DNA from: a virus
Taxonomy: Duplodnaviria; Caudoviricetes
DNA: 64,000 bases
Direction: 5' to 3' (one strand)
Virus record (IMG/VR): IMGVR_UViG_3300023714_000001
The notes under the pieces are model-generated. The model did not search any database, was not told the origin of the DNA, and saw only the letters and a list, made by a program, of their open reading frames with translations. Shown piece by piece: positions 47,769 to 59,333 of this stretch (position 1 is its first letter; every line of letters starts with the position of its first letter). A program made the position numbers and the translations under genes.

Positions 47769-49537
47769 AGATATATCCATCCCCGCATGTCGTGCGGGCT
47801 ACAAAAAAACCGGGCTTTTTAGACATCCCCCTTTCTCATGTTGAAAAAGAATTTCATCCGGAAAAAATCATCACGGAGATATCAGCAGATTTTGCAGTAA
47901 GTAAAAGTGAATACATAGCTCCGTATCAATGGTTTGTAACAAACGACTTTATAGCATTTAACGAGGATAAGCAGGTAGTAGACCTGCCTCTTCGATACAA
48001 TAATCATAGGTATACCTATGAGCCGGCAGGCTATAAAGAATTTATGCCGGAAACATTTGACTTTTCCTTTATGGCAAAAAGAAATGATAGTTACTCTAGC
48101 ATAGAGGATTATGATCTGAAGGTAGGGGTATACAACCAGGCGGGGGCAAAGGATTTTGCGTCACGATTGATGGCAATTTTTGGAGATGCTTCGTACAGAG
48201 GAATATCCCCGGCCAATGTAAAGATTAACGGCCGGGACACCAACCCCGAAAAGCTGCTCACCAAAGACACAAAAAATCTCGACTGGCTTATCATACAAAC
48301 AAAGGATGCTGTAACCACAAAGGACGGAAGTGTTGCAGCCATAGATTATAACGAGATAATGAAGACTGGCTGTAATGTATGGGTCACTCTTTCTGATGAA
48401 GGCATGGGAGCTTTTATGAAAAAGAGTGATGGCCCGTACACATTGGAGGCAAAGAATATCTCTCTAAATGAATTAGGGGAAGAGAGAGTATATTTGTTTA
48501 CCAGCAGTTATTCATTTCAGGCGAAAGCAAATAACGACTATGATGGGCTGAATGCCGGTGCATTTAAGGTTGTGCTTGACGGGAGCATTGAATCCCCTGT
48601 AATTATTTTGGAAAAGGCTGCACGGGGCTTCGTTGTTATTTCCCATGAAAAAATGTTCTCAGAAAAGGCCTTAAAATACCACGCTTCGTTCATCTATAAC
48701 ATTTTAGTGTCAGGCTACTTAAAAGGTTATGTATCTGCAAGCAATAAGGAACTATGGATAGCGGACGATGTGGTTGACTATATGGGGTCGGTAAAAACAC
48801 CGCTCAGAAAGAAACACCCCAGTGTTAACATACAAGATATGATAATGGGGCGGGCAAAAAAATTTACCGTAGCAGAGTATACTATCAGTAAACCAGACGT
48901 AATGCTCGAAACGATTGATACTAATGGCAATGCTTATTTTAACAAATTGTTAGCGACAGATCCTAAGAGACAAAATGGTGAAGTGTCAGTATACACAACA
49001 CAGGGCACGATAATGTTCTATAAACAGAACGAATATCTATTGATTGAGGATGAGGTTCACTTCTTTACCGAAATCGACGATGATGAAAACTGCTATGTGA
49101 CAATAGAACCATTTGTCTCGTCAAGAAATAGGATGGTTGTAAGCAAACCCAAGAAAATGAAAATCGAATATATCGACATGCAATATGATGTCTACGTTCT
49201 ACCAATCGGTGTGGATGGAGAATCAGAAGTAATGTTGGTTGAACATAGCAAATGGAAAACAATGGGATCTGTTGCAAAGGTCGCCACTATTCGCGTTGAA
49301 TTTCAGGGTGAGCCGGCGGCTTACGATATTCGCTTGCTGGGCGGAGGCTTACCATCCGAATATACAGACTATGAAATGATGGATATCGGTAACATTAAGG
49401 GTAGGCCATATCGTGTTGGTGTAGCTGCTGTAATAGAGCTCCCTAAAAAGTATCGAATCTATGATGAGCGCATTAAGGAATCTGTAAACCGCTATAAGGT
49501 GGCTGCAGACCAAATGTATGTAACATACAAGGATTGA
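47765..49537 (+). CDS. Structural protein (~590 aa), probable CTG start
   Basis: In-frame CTG overlaps the upstream TGA (CTGA), 9 nt after AAGGA. C-terminal YDIRLLGGGL...MDIGNI-GRPYR motif. Confidence 0.65.
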   Translation: MKIYPSPHVVRATKKPGFLDIPLSHVEKEFHPEKIITEISADFAVSKSEYIAPYQWFVTNDFIAFNEDKQVVDLPLRYNNHRYTYEPAGYKEFMPETFDFSFMAKRNDSYSSIEDYDLKVGVYNQAGAKDFASRLMAIFGDASYRGISPANVKINGRDTNPEKLLTKDTKNLDWLIIQTKDAVTTKDGSVAAIDYNEIMKTGCNVWVTLSDEGMGAFMKKSDGPYTLEAKNISLNELGEERVYLFTSSYSFQAKANNDYDGLNAGAFKVVLDGSIESPVIILEKAARGFVVISHEKMFSEKALKYHASFIYNILVSGYLKGYVSASNKELWIADDVVDYMGSVKTPLRKKHPSVNIQDMIMGRAKKFTVAEYTISKPDVMLETIDTNGNAYFNKLLATDPKRQNGEVSVYTTQGTIMFYKQNEYLLIEDEVHFFTEIDDDENCYVTIEPFVSSRNRMVVSKPKKMKIEYIDMQYDVYVLPIGVDGESEVMLVEHSKWKTMGSVAKVATIRVEFQGEPAAYDIRLLGGGLPSEYTDYEMMDIGNIKGRPYRVGVAAVIELPKKYRIYDERIKESVNRYKVAADQMYVTYKD

Positions 49538-49547
49538 GGCATTTTGA

Positions 49548-51509
49548 ATGATAGAGAATAAACTAAAAGTTATTGATTTCTCTGCGGCTCTGCGATCAGA
49601 ACCCTTGAATTACAATTTCGACATTGTAAAAGGATGGGTAGACAGGGAAAGACTTCGAACCGGTGGGTATGGTCTGGTCGAAGGTTTTGATATTTCCTAT
49701 GCAGGAAATTATTTTGTGGATATCGGCGAAGGGATTTTAATTGACCGCGTAGGCGAAGAAATTATTGTGCCGGCTACAAGAATCCAGTTCGCTCCGCCAA
49801 CATATGAAAAAATCACAGAACATGTACAGGTTTCAAATGATGGGGAAATCCTGTTAAAATATCATCCGTATTCCCCAACGGCAGAAGGATTAATCTCTGT
49901 AAATGCTTATAGAGCAACGAAATACAAGACAGACGAATTGGTTATTAGCGACCCCAGCGGCACACTTGGTAATTTAAAACCGGTCAATGTTGATGGCCGT
50001 AAAGTGGGTGTAACTACTAGAGCAGCAGGGCTTATTGTCGAAGTGGCATATTTTTATTGCAATGACCGCATTGATGCGATTATGATTAATGACCAGGCAC
50101 AGTATAGCACTGAGTTTGGTATAAACGCAGAATCGCCGAGTGTAGCGAATATCGACCTGGGGCCGCGTTTCTTAATTGCTTTTGCCCATTGGATTGTCGG
50201 CGAAACCATTGATGTAGAGTTTATCGTCGATGAAAGAACCTATCGTAAGGTTTATGTGGATAAACTAAATAGGCTCTTCTTGAATGGAAAGCTTTATCAG
50301 GAACCTAAATTCATTTACTTCGTTGAGCCAGAAACGCCAGAAGAAAATGATGTTTGGTACGATTACAAAAGCAACACGTTAAATATCTGGTCACAAAACG
50401 GCGGCGTATGGGGCTGGAGAATCATGAATGATTTTACCAATGTACCATTGCGCAGTATAAAAATGTGGACAGAAAAGGATTTTCCTAGCGACGCACAGAC
50501 GTTTTTGTTTAAAGAAGATGAAACGAACTTCCGGTATATCCCAAACACAAATGCTTTGGAAATCATAATCGATCAACAAACTGTGATGAAGGATCAGTTT
50601 ACGGAGGTGGTTCAGGCAGGAGCAAAGCCGTATTTGTCTTCCGGCATCGGGTTCAAGCTGGTCGAACCTTTGGATAGGCCGACTGTCGTGCAGTGCATTG
50701 TTCATCATGTGGTAAAAAATGCACCGCTTAAAAACGTATTCCAGAGGGCGGCCATATTTACTGCGGAGAATTTCTTTCCATATAATGCCAGGACGAATTC
50801 CAAAAAGATTTTCATTACAGACCTGCCATATGTAATTAAGGCAAACCAGCTTGAGGTATTTGTCGACGGCAAACGTCTGACCCGTGATGTCGATTTCGCC
50901 GAAATGGTAGATAACGAGAAAAACGCCACTGACGCTGACAAAGACAAAACTACGAAATATTTCCGTATTATGTGCAATGTGTCTGATGGCCAAAGAATCT
51001 CCTACAAAATCTCTCGGTATGTTTGGAGCTATGACCAGCTCAACGAAATGATGGATGAGATTGAACAGAAGGCGGACAAAGCACTAAGAGACACTGCAGC
51101 TTTGAATGATAAAGTCGATACGATGTCTACAAATATCGGCACAGTGCTGGATTCACTAAAGGATCGTTTGCAGCGCGCAGAAGAAAAACTTGACACATTG
51201 AAAGACTATCGCAAAACTGCGGAAAAGATAAAGCTCGCAGATTTGGATAGCGATCTACACAAGAGCCTTGTGAAGTCGCGGGCACAGCTTGTGTTTAATG
51301 CTTCTAACGTCAACAACATCATAAATGATTGTAAGAAAGAAGACTACGTGAATATCGTATGTGTTAACAGCGAAGGTATAACTCCTCTTAATGAAGACTC
51401 TGAATACAGTCTTGCCTATAACAATGGCAAAGCCACAATAGAGTTAGAATCTGAATGGATGTCCCCTGATAACACTTTGTATGTAAACATCATCCGCATA
51501 GGGCGATGA
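49548..51509 (+). CDS. Tail/fibre-associated structural protein (653 aa)
   Basis: Long ORF with PEENDVWYD and NQLEVFVDGKRL motifs and a C-terminal coiled coil. Confidence 0.65.
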   Translation: MIENKLKVIDFSAALRSEPLNYNFDIVKGWVDRERLRTGGYGLVEGFDISYAGNYFVDIGEGILIDRVGEEIIVPATRIQFAPPTYEKITEHVQVSNDGEILLKYHPYSPTAEGLISVNAYRATKYKTDELVISDPSGTLGNLKPVNVDGRKVGVTTRAAGLIVEVAYFYCNDRIDAIMINDQAQYSTEFGINAESPSVANIDLGPRFLIAFAHWIVGETIDVEFIVDERTYRKVYVDKLNRLFLNGKLYQEPKFIYFVEPETPEENDVWYDYKSNTLNIWSQNGGVWGWRIMNDFTNVPLRSIKMWTEKDFPSDAQTFLFKEDETNFRYIPNTNALEIIIDQQTVMKDQFTEVVQAGAKPYLSSGIGFKLVEPLDRPTVVQCIVHHVVKNAPLKNVFQRAAIFTAENFFPYNARTNSKKIFITDLPYVIKANQLEVFVDGKRLTRDVDFAEMVDNEKNATDADKDKTTKYFRIMCNVSDGQRISYKISRYVWSYDQLNEMMDEIEQKADKALRDTAALNDKVDTMSTNIGTVLDSLKDRLQRAEEKLDTLKDYRKTAEKIKLADLDSDLHKSLVKSRAQLVFNASNVNNIINDCKKEDYVNIVCVNSEGITPLNEDSEYSLAYNNGKATIELESEWMSPDNTLYVNIIRIGR

Positions 51510-51527
51510 CTGGTTTAGAGAGGTAAT

Positions 51528-51983
51528 ATGAGCATGAAAAAACCTTCAATAACATGGTTTGTGCGGCGAGATCCGGAAGATAGCTACGAGGAAACCAGCG
51601 ATTTCTATGCCGGGTCGTACAACCAGGAGGACAGCCTGGAAATAGAGTTCATGATTTGGAACAACCGGTATGGCACAGAAAGAGTATCTGATCTTAAGGA
51701 CTTCGGCGTGACGGTTTCGTTTGACCACGAGGAAGATAGTACACTGTTAAAATATTGTCAATTCTTATTGAATGGCGGGTATTATCTCATTCCAGAAGTA
51801 AATGGCAATGAAGCGACAGTACAGTTCCCAAAAGATATTGTGCTTAGCGGCGCCATTAACAATGGGGAGCTGGGAAGTTCGGACAACTACCTGACACTTA
51901 AAATGATATTAACTGTGCCGGCTAGTAAGAAGTTAAAGATGAATGATATCAAGGGCATGACGTTTAATGTAACAAATTTGTAA
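51528..51983 (+). CDS. Hypothetical structural protein (151 aa)
   Basis: GAGGT SD; in operon. Confidence 0.65.
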   Translation: MSMKKPSITWFVRRDPEDSYEETSDFYAGSYNQEDSLEIEFMIWNNRYGTERVSDLKDFGVTVSFDHEEDSTLLKYCQFLLNGGYYLIPEVNGNEATVQFPKDIVLSGAINNGELGSSDNYLTLKMILTVPASKKLKMNDIKGMTFNVTNL

Positions 51984-51998
51984 AAAGGGGATGCGGTC

Positions 51999-54782
51999 TT
52001 GAGTAAAACTACGATCGGTTTTAGCGACAATAAACAGGGTGGCGGCGGCGCCAGCATCATTAGTAAATACGTGGCCGATAAAAAACTGACGGATTTGGAA
52101 TTGCGTTTGGCGGCAGAGGGTATGCCTAAGACGCTTAGTCAGAAAACACTGGCGTATGACCCCGCTAGTGGACAGATTTATATCGGTGATAGCGCCGGGA
52201 AACCGATGACGGTTTCGAGTATTAAGGTTATCGTTTCTATGGATGACCTGCCTACAACCGGCGTTGATAATGTATTGTATGTCGCAATCAATGAAAAAGC
52301 TTTTGCGGTCTGGGATAGCAGCAATAACTCCTGGGTGAAGATGGCCTCGGATGGCTCTGGCAGTGCTGCTTTGGATAAGTCGGTAGAAGTATATCCGGCC
52401 AAGGAAAACTTCCCGCTTGAGGGCAAGAAAGACAAACTCTATATCACGAATGACGGAAAGAGCTACATTTTTGCTGGTGGAAAATATCAGCCGATATTCG
52501 AAGGCAATGTGGATGCCTATACAAAGGCAGAAGCAGACGCTAAATTTATCCAGGCTGCAGTTTTGGAGAAAAAGGCGAACGCCGACGAAGTATACAGCAA
52601 AACAGATGTAGACGCTCTGTTCAAAAACGTACAAGGTATAAAAGGTGATCGTGGCGAGCAGGGGCCGCAGGGTGAGCCTGGTAAGGATGGCGCTCCAGGT
52701 AAAGATGGTAAAGACGGCGTAGATGGTAAGAATGGTAAGTCGGCTTACGACATCGCTGTGGAAAATGGTTTTGGTGGCAACCAGACAGCGTGGCTACAAT
52801 CGTTAAAGGGCGAAGCCGGTGATAAAGGTGAAACCGGTGAACAAGGTCCTCAGGGCGAACAGGGCTTGCCAGGTGCTGCCGGAGCTGACGGTAAAGACGG
52901 CGCAGAAGGTAAATCCGCCTACGAAATTGCAGTGGCCAATGGCTTTAATGGCACTGAACAGGAATGGCTTGATTCCCTTAAAGGCACGGACGGCGTTCAG
53001 GGACCGAAAGGTGAGCAGGGTATTCAGGGCGTTCAGGGTGAACAAGGTGCTCAGGGTATTCAAGGTGAAGTTGGTCCACAAGGCCCCCAGGGTGAAGCTG
53101 GTCCTCAGGGTGAACAGGGCGCCGCAGGTAAATCGGCTTACGAAATTGCCGTAGCAAATGGTTTTGTTGGTTCGGAGACGGATTGGTTGGCCTCGTTAAA
53201 AGGTGAGGGGCTTGATCCGGAAAGCTACTACAGCAAAACCGAGGTTGACCAGAAGATTGCTGACGCTGCAGCGGGCGAGGCCGTAGATCTTAGCGGATAT
53301 GCAAAAGCGGACGATCTGAACAGTAAAGCTGACAAAAACGATGTCTACAGTGTTTCTGCAGCTGACGCCAAGTTTGCTACAATTAAAACTGTTGAAGAAA
53401 AACTTGCAGAAGTATCCACTATTAAAGGTGATAAGGGTGACCAGGGTGAAGTTGGGCCGCAAGGGCCGCAAGGCGAACAAGGCATCCAGGGCGAGCAGGG
53501 TATTCAAGGGCCTCAGGGCGAGGCCGGCAAAGACGGTAAGGATGGCGCAAACGGAAAGAGTGCTTACGAAATTGCTGTAGCAAACGGTTTTTCTGGCGGC
53601 GAATCTGCTTGGCTCGAATCTCTTAAGGGCGAAAAAGGAATTGATGGTAAAGATGGCGAACAAGGCCCGCAGGGTGAAGCTGGTGAGCAAGGACCGAAAG
53701 GTGATCCTGGACAGGATGGCCGTGATGGCGTAGACGGTAAAGATGGCCAGAACGGCAAAGACGGTAAGAGTGCCTACGAAATTGCTCAGGAAAATGGCTT
53801 TATAGGCACAGAAGCAGAGTGGGTAGAATCTCTTAAAGGTGCAGATGCAGAACCTGTAGATACTTCGAAGTTTGCCCAGAAATCAGATTTGGAAGGTCTG
53901 GCAAAAGCGGAAGATATTCCAGATGTATCGAATCTTGCTAAGAAGAGCGACATTCCTGATGTAAGCAATCTTGCCACGAAAAATGACATCCCCGATGTAA
54001 GCAACCTTGCCACCAAGGATGAAATTCCTGACCTCACGGGCTATGCCAAGACCGAGGATATCCCTAAGCAGAAAACTCTGGCAGAACTCGGCGGCGTAAC
54101 GCAGGCAGGCGTTGAATCCATTATTCAGGCGAAAGACTTTACTTCCACCGATGTAGTACGTCAGATGATTGCTGACGCTATCGCTAAGGCTTTAAAAGAC
54201 AATGAAAATAGCGGCGGTAATGGCGGCAGCACTACTCCGTCCGATCCCACTCCGACTACTCCAGATACACCAGCTGAAGAACCGAGCGATAGCGATTGGA
54301 AATGGACGAAATATCTCGTAATGCCGGCTGGAACTACAGACATTACTGAAGACATGGATACCTTCTTCGGCGAGAAATTTAACCACCCGGATGAATTCGT
54401 TGGTCCGAACGAAGACATGAAAAATACCACGACCGAATTCCGTTTCATCGGAACCTTGCGTTCTCGTCAGTCTGACAAGCCCGCTTATTTAGTTGACAGC
54501 ATTGACCAGGCTCCCGCAATTGGCGTAGATTACAGCAAGAAGTTTAAAGACGGCATGAGAGTTCCTATCGATGGATTTGAAGACGAAGGAAAAGCCGCGT
54601 TTGATGAAGCCCTTAAAGAAGAGAACATCATTACGACAGGCATCATGCAGTACGATGGAGAAGCAATTTTGAACCTCAGCTACACCAGCGTTGCATGTGA
54701 CCAGCTGTATATGGTTCGTAAGATTAAAGACGGTAAAGTTATCCCCGAATTCTCGTTAGGAGAAAGAATTGACGGGAAATAA
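51999..54782 (+). CDS. Collagen-like fibre protein
   Basis: GXY runs punctuated by five GKSAY(E/D)IA--NGF-G----W--SLKG units. Tandem 13-aa IPDVSNLA(T/K)K repeats near 53910-54065. Confidence 0.85.
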   Translation: MSKTTIGFSDNKQGGGGASIISKYVADKKLTDLELRLAAEGMPKTLSQKTLAYDPASGQIYIGDSAGKPMTVSSIKVIVSMDDLPTTGVDNVLYVAINEKAFAVWDSSNNSWVKMASDGSGSAALDKSVEVYPAKENFPLEGKKDKLYITNDGKSYIFAGGKYQPIFEGNVDAYTKAEADAKFIQAAVLEKKANADEVYSKTDVDALFKNVQGIKGDRGEQGPQGEPGKDGAPGKDGKDGVDGKNGKSAYDIAVENGFGGNQTAWLQSLKGEAGDKGETGEQGPQGEQGLPGAAGADGKDGAEGKSAYEIAVANGFNGTEQEWLDSLKGTDGVQGPKGEQGIQGVQGEQGAQGIQGEVGPQGPQGEAGPQGEQGAAGKSAYEIAVANGFVGSETDWLASLKGEGLDPESYYSKTEVDQKIADAAAGEAVDLSGYAKADDLNSKADKNDVYSVSAADAKFATIKTVEEKLAEVSTIKGDKGDQGEVGPQGPQGEQGIQGEQGIQGPQGEAGKDGKDGANGKSAYEIAVANGFSGGESAWLESLKGEKGIDGKDGEQGPQGEAGEQGPKGDPGQDGRDGVDGKDGQNGKDGKSAYEIAQENGFIGTEAEWVESLKGADAEPVDTSKFAQKSDLEGLAKAEDIPDVSNLAKKSDIPDVSNLATKNDIPDVSNLATKDEIPDLTGYAKTEDIPKQKTLAELGGVTQAGVESIIQAKDFTSTDVVRQMIADAIAKALKDNENSGGNGGSTTPSDPTPTTPDTPAEEPSDSDWKWTKYLVMPAGTTDITEDMDTFFGEKFNHPDEFVGPNEDMKNTTTEFRFIGTLRSRQSDKPAYLVDSIDQAPAIGVDYSKKFKDGMRVPIDGFEDEGKAAFDEALKEENIITTGIMQYDGEAILNLSYTSVACDQLYMVRKIKDGKVIPEFSLGERIDGK

Positions 54783-54804
54783 TTAGAAAGGAGTTCATTT
54801 ACTG

Positions 54805-55407
54805 ATGTATTCTCAAAATGACGAACCAACAAAAAGTTTTAATGAACTTCAGTCCGACATTCTAGGCGAAAAACTTACCAACAATCCGTTGATGAAAGCC
54901 AGTAAAATGGCTACCAAAAACAAGGCGTTAAACACCAAACAAAAAACCATCGTTAACGCAATCAACGAATTGCTTACGGCTTTAGACGGTGCGCAAGCAC
55001 AGACTAAAAAAAGCTTAGCACAAATGTACGACGTACTCGGCGATTTCGCTCAGAACCCCGAGCTGCTTAATGAACTTACTTCTCGCGGCGCAGAGACTAT
55101 CTTGGCCCTCGCCGCCAATACCTATGATACGGTTCAGGAAATACAGAATTTCGCTAAAGATGATTACGAAGACGTATTCCATATTGCTGAAGGGCAGACT
55201 CAATCTGAGTTTGCCCTGACGCATAAGCCTATCGGCAAAATTCGCATGTATATCGACGGCATTCGATATTTTAAAGAATGTATAGAATATAACGCTGAGA
55301 CGAATACGGTTAAGTGGATTAATGATTCATCCAATCCGGAAGGTTTCGACATCACAGACGCTGACGTAGTTATCGAGTACGATTACAGTACGACTGAAGA
55401 AGTCTAA
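54805..55407 (+). CDS. Fibre-associated hypothetical protein (200 aa)
   Basis: GAAAGGAG SD. LNTKQKTIVNAINEL motif common in phage fibres. Confidence 0.65.
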   Translation: MYSQNDEPTKSFNELQSDILGEKLTNNPLMKASKMATKNKALNTKQKTIVNAINELLTALDGAQAQTKKSLAQMYDVLGDFAQNPELLNELTSRGAETILALAANTYDTVQEIQNFAKDDYEDVFHIAEGQTQSEFALTHKPIGKIRMYIDGIRYFKECIEYNAETNTVKWINDSSNPEGFDITDADVVIEYDYSTTEEV

Positions 55408-55410
55408 CTT

Positions 55411-55778
55411 GTGTTATAAAAAACTCGGAGGTTGAATGGGCGAAAAGCCGGTGCGTAGTACCAGTAATTGCCAACTTAGACTTCCGAGTTTTACATAACG
55501 TAAAACTAAGCCCTTGAACTATAGGTTGTGTTGTTGGTTATGAGGGCAGGGTACAGGCTGCTTGGATGCAACAGATTTTATGTAAAACTCGGAGGATTCT
55601 AGCGTCCAGGCCATTATGTACGATACAGATCAGTGAAGTACAGCAGGAGTGCCCGCTTGTATTGACGCCTTTTGACTCTTTACTTTGTGAACCGCATTTT
55701 GCGGGCTGCCGGTGGCACACAGTTGCATATTGTTATTGAAAACTCGGAGGTTCTAAGTTTACCTCCGAGTTTTTTATA
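55411..55778. repeat. Second cluster of origin-type iterons (5 copies, both orientations)
   Basis: CTCGGAGG cores at 55424, 55588 and 55743; inverted copies at 55481 and 55762. The last two form AAAACTCGGAGGT-N9-ACCTCCGAGTTTT. Confidence 0.8.
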
Positions 55779-55851
55779 ATATCCGCCTTAAAGCTAGTAA
55801 TATTCGAGAAGATAATCTAACGTAGAAAGCAAGAAAGGAAAGGTGGACGCA

Positions 55852-57738
55852 TTGGCCACTAACACTCGCGGTATACGCAAAGTAAGTGAAAATATACTCA
55901 GTCACGGCAGAGCGATTATCGTAACTGAGAAAGATAAAGACAAATACAAATGGAGCGAAATTCCGGATGGCTCCAAATTTATAGATACGAAAACCGGCAT
56001 TGAGATGGTGAAGGTTGAGGGCGAAAGCGACTGGGTGCCGGGAGGAATCAAGAATGACGGCACAATTAATGTGGTCAAAGACAGCCGCGTTAACATTGAA
56101 ACCTTTACAATTAAACAGCTTGAAGTCCCGGGGACAAAAAGGGAATTCACCTACTGGTACGATATTGTAGATGATGCCCATGTAAGGCATGGCATTATTT
56201 TGTATAAGAATTCTCTGGGTATGCATGGCGAATATGGCCAGTACGGAACTTACCAGACATGGGCTGACTGTAAACGCTTCTTACTACTTGATAATAACGC
56301 CGTGGAATCTAAGTACAAAAATACCCAGAAAGTCGGCTATGTATTTGGCCTCGAAAAAGGCGATTATGCAATGTACCGCAACCATCTGAGAGTGGCTATT
56401 GATGACGTACTTACGCGCACAGTCGCTTCCGGCGGCATTAAAGAAGTTAGCGAAACCCGCTTCTGTCTCACAGAGGAAAACCTGGAAAACGGAATGGAAA
56501 TCACAGCTGAGTATATCTGTGGCTTCCGTTTGGGCAATCCATACCCGCGCACATTTATCAATAAGAATCAACCAGATGAGAAGGCTGCCGAGGTGGGAGA
56601 TTTCTGGCTGGATATCGACGGCGAGATTGATGATACAGATCCGCTGCCGGAAATGATTGGTGAAGATGGAATGATTGGCTGGGAAAGGATTCGTCCTTCG
56701 ACTCGCCCAACATCCCTATCCGGCTACGGCATTAAAGATAAGGTTTCTTATCAGGGGCATAAACATAGCAAAGCGGATATTACAGATTTTCCAACATCCT
56801 TGCCTGCAAATGGCGGACGAGCAGATTCTGCTACTAAAGCAGACACTGCAGATAGGGCCACTTCCGCAGACAAGGCAACCACCGCTGTTACAGCTACGAG
56901 AGCTACGACGGCAGATAGAGCATTGCAAGCGGATTCGGCAACTAAAGCTAGTGCTGCAGATTCTGCTACGACAGCAACAACGGCTTCTTCGGCAAATTAT
57001 GCCACGAGAGCAGGCAGTGCGGATAAAGCTGCAAAAGCGGATAAGGCCACAGCGGCAGATACGGCAACCAAGGCAAATTCAGCCACTTCGGCTCAAACAG
57101 CGGATTATGCCACCAAAGCAGGTACGGCCACGTCAGCCGCCAATGCTACCAAGGCAGCTTCGGCTGATAAGGCTGCTAATGCAGATTATGCTACTAAGGC
57201 AGGTACTGCCACATCGGCTACCAGCGCTAATAAGGCGACTACCGCGGATACAGCAACAAAGGCCGTAAACGATGGTTCTGGACGCAATATTGTAAATACT
57301 TACGCCTTAAAAACAGAACTGGAGGAAGTTAAAAAATTTGCTGCAAGCATTCCCGTTGGAGCAATACTTCCTTTTGCTGGAAGAACACAGGATATACCCA
57401 ATGGATGGTATATTTGCGACGGCAATAATGGAACGCCGGATTTAAGAGGCCGTTTCTTAGAAGGAAGCACAACGAACATTGGTACAAAAAAAGAAGCCGG
57501 ATTGCCAAATATTGAAGGAAGTTTCGGTGCGTGCAGACGCTGCGAAGGCGAAGGGAAGCAGCCAGAAGGGGCTTTTGGAGAATTATCAAAGTGGGATGCG
57601 TCGATAAAAATTGGTGGCGGCGACGACTGGGGGAGCAACTATTCGTTTGATGCATCCAAGAGTAATGCTATCTATGGTAAATCAACAACAGTACAACCCC
57701 CTAGCTTCCTTGTATATTACATAATGAAAAAGAGATAA
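55852..57738 (+). CDS. Tail fibre protein with Ala/Thr-rich stalk and C-terminal tail-collar domain
   Basis: H-HSKADITDFP, ATKA/ADxA repeats (56820-57265), and IPVGAILPFAG...PNGWYICDG-NGTPDLRGRFL. Confidence 0.85.
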   Translation: MATNTRGIRKVSENILSHGRAIIVTEKDKDKYKWSEIPDGSKFIDTKTGIEMVKVEGESDWVPGGIKNDGTINVVKDSRVNIETFTIKQLEVPGTKREFTYWYDIVDDAHVRHGIILYKNSLGMHGEYGQYGTYQTWADCKRFLLLDNNAVESKYKNTQKVGYVFGLEKGDYAMYRNHLRVAIDDVLTRTVASGGIKEVSETRFCLTEENLENGMEITAEYICGFRLGNPYPRTFINKNQPDEKAAEVGDFWLDIDGEIDDTDPLPEMIGEDGMIGWERIRPSTRPTSLSGYGIKDKVSYQGHKHSKADITDFPTSLPANGGRADSATKADTADRATSADKATTAVTATRATTADRALQADSATKASAADSATTATTASSANYATRAGSADKAAKADKATAADTATKANSATSAQTADYATKAGTATSAANATKAASADKAANADYATKAGTATSATSANKATTADTATKAVNDGSGRNIVNTYALKTELEEVKKFAASIPVGAILPFAGRTQDIPNGWYICDGNNGTPDLRGRFLEGSTTNIGTKKEAGLPNIEGSFGACRRCEGEGKQPEGAFGELSKWDASIKIGGGDDWGSNYSFDASKSNAIYGKSTTVQPPSFLVYYIMKKR

Positions 57739-57758
57739 AGGAAAGGACATAAAATAAT

Positions 57759-59321
57759 ATGCCTGAACCAATTAAAGTAAAATACAGAGATTTGTCTCCT
57801 GAATTACAAGCGCTCTTGGCTGGCGGAAAAATGACTGAAGGCGCAATGGGAGAAATCCTCAAACAGTACAGAAAAAAGACAGAACCCATTACCGAAACGG
57901 ACATCTCGGTAGATTATCGTAATTCGGTAAACAGCAAAATAAACCAGGTTAAGATCGACCTGCAAAACTTTATAGCAAGCCTCGAGGTCATTCCTGAAAG
58001 TAAATTGTCGCCCGAGTTTTTGCAGCGTATTAAGAATATCGAACTGCAGATCGCATCGCTAAGCTCTATTGACAATATCGATCAGAGCATACGTGATTTG
58101 CAATCAGAAGTGACAACGCTTAAAAACAAGATTGCTGACACTACCGATATAGACAATCTTTCAAAGAAGATTGACGGTATCAGCAGCACATCGAAAAACT
58201 TACAGGATAAGCTTACAGCTCTTGACAACGACTTCACTCAAAACAAACAGAGCTTTGATGCCGACATTCAGGCCTTAAGAAATGACTTATCCTCGCTGCA
58301 GACAGTTGTTAATAGCACTTCGGATACGGCGGCAATTCTCCAGCGCCTTAACGATGTTGATTCTTCCTTAAGAGATTATCGCCAGAGTATCATCGAACTG
58401 AAGGACTCTAATGCGAAAGTAGAAGAAGATGTCGCAGCATTAAAGGATTCAGTCAACACTTATCAGCAGAATATTATTGATTTACAGAATTCCAATAATC
58501 AGGCGAATGACAATATCCGCATTTTAAAAGAATTAAGCGATAAAATTCAGCAGGACATTGCAGGATTAAGAGATGTTAATAATGGCTTTAAACAGGATGT
58601 GCAATCGGTTCAAGGGGCGTTGAACACTAAAAGAAGTGTTTATGACCCGATTAAAGAGAACGACTTAGACGACAATGTAAAGGCAAAGCTGACTCAGTTC
58701 GGAATGACGTCGGAAAAGCTCCAAGAACTACTAAACACCATAAATAAATTATCTTCGGGGTATTTAGTTGGTAAGGGGGCTTATGGAGGGTTAGTAGATA
58801 AAGCTCTCTTCTATCCGTTCTTTACCACAACAAATAAAAGCCTTCAAGATTACAAAAACGCTGCCAAGAAAGCGGAAGTAGTAATCGATCCGGAAACGGG
58901 GAAGGTTTATGAATACAGCTTAATAGATGGCGGGAAAAATGGAGCCGCTGCGGTATACGATTATGAAGAGAGAGCGCAGTTTTTTAACGGCGACACTACT
59001 TACTGGAACTCTTTCTTGATTGATTACGATACTAACGAAATCTTTGGTTATGTAACATCGAGCGGTGCGTATAAACATTATCCCATGCGTCCCTTAAAAA
59101 AATCCTATCATATAGCTGCGAACGGGTCTGTTGAAATTCCCGTTACTATAAAAGATGCTACAAGTGTAGAGGTTTTAGTAAGGGACACAGGAGCAGGAAG
59201 CGCTAGTAACGGTTTTTATGTAAATGCAGAAGCCTATGTAGATATTGCTTACGGGGATGCAAAATCAAAATTAATAAGTTATTACGATCAGCCTCTTGAT
59301 GTAATTGTTTTGAAAAAGTGA
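57759..59321 (+). CDS. Coiled-coil fibre/structural protein (520 aa)
   Basis: Extended heptad repeats; AAAGGA SD. Confidence 0.7.
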   Translation: MPEPIKVKYRDLSPELQALLAGGKMTEGAMGEILKQYRKKTEPITETDISVDYRNSVNSKINQVKIDLQNFIASLEVIPESKLSPEFLQRIKNIELQIASLSSIDNIDQSIRDLQSEVTTLKNKIADTTDIDNLSKKIDGISSTSKNLQDKLTALDNDFTQNKQSFDADIQALRNDLSSLQTVVNSTSDTAAILQRLNDVDSSLRDYRQSIIELKDSNAKVEEDVAALKDSVNTYQQNIIDLQNSNNQANDNIRILKELSDKIQQDIAGLRDVNNGFKQDVQSVQGALNTKRSVYDPIKENDLDDNVKAKLTQFGMTSEKLQELLNTINKLSSGYLVGKGAYGGLVDKALFYPFFTTTNKSLQDYKNAAKKAEVVIDPETGKVYEYSLIDGGKNGAAAVYDYEERAQFFNGDTTYWNSFLIDYDTNEIFGYVTSSGAYKHYPMRPLKKSYHIAANGSVEIPVTIKDATSVEVLVRDTGAGSASNGFYVNAEAYVDIAYGDAKSKLISYYDQPLDVIVLKK

Positions 59322-59333
59322 GGTTTTATATAA

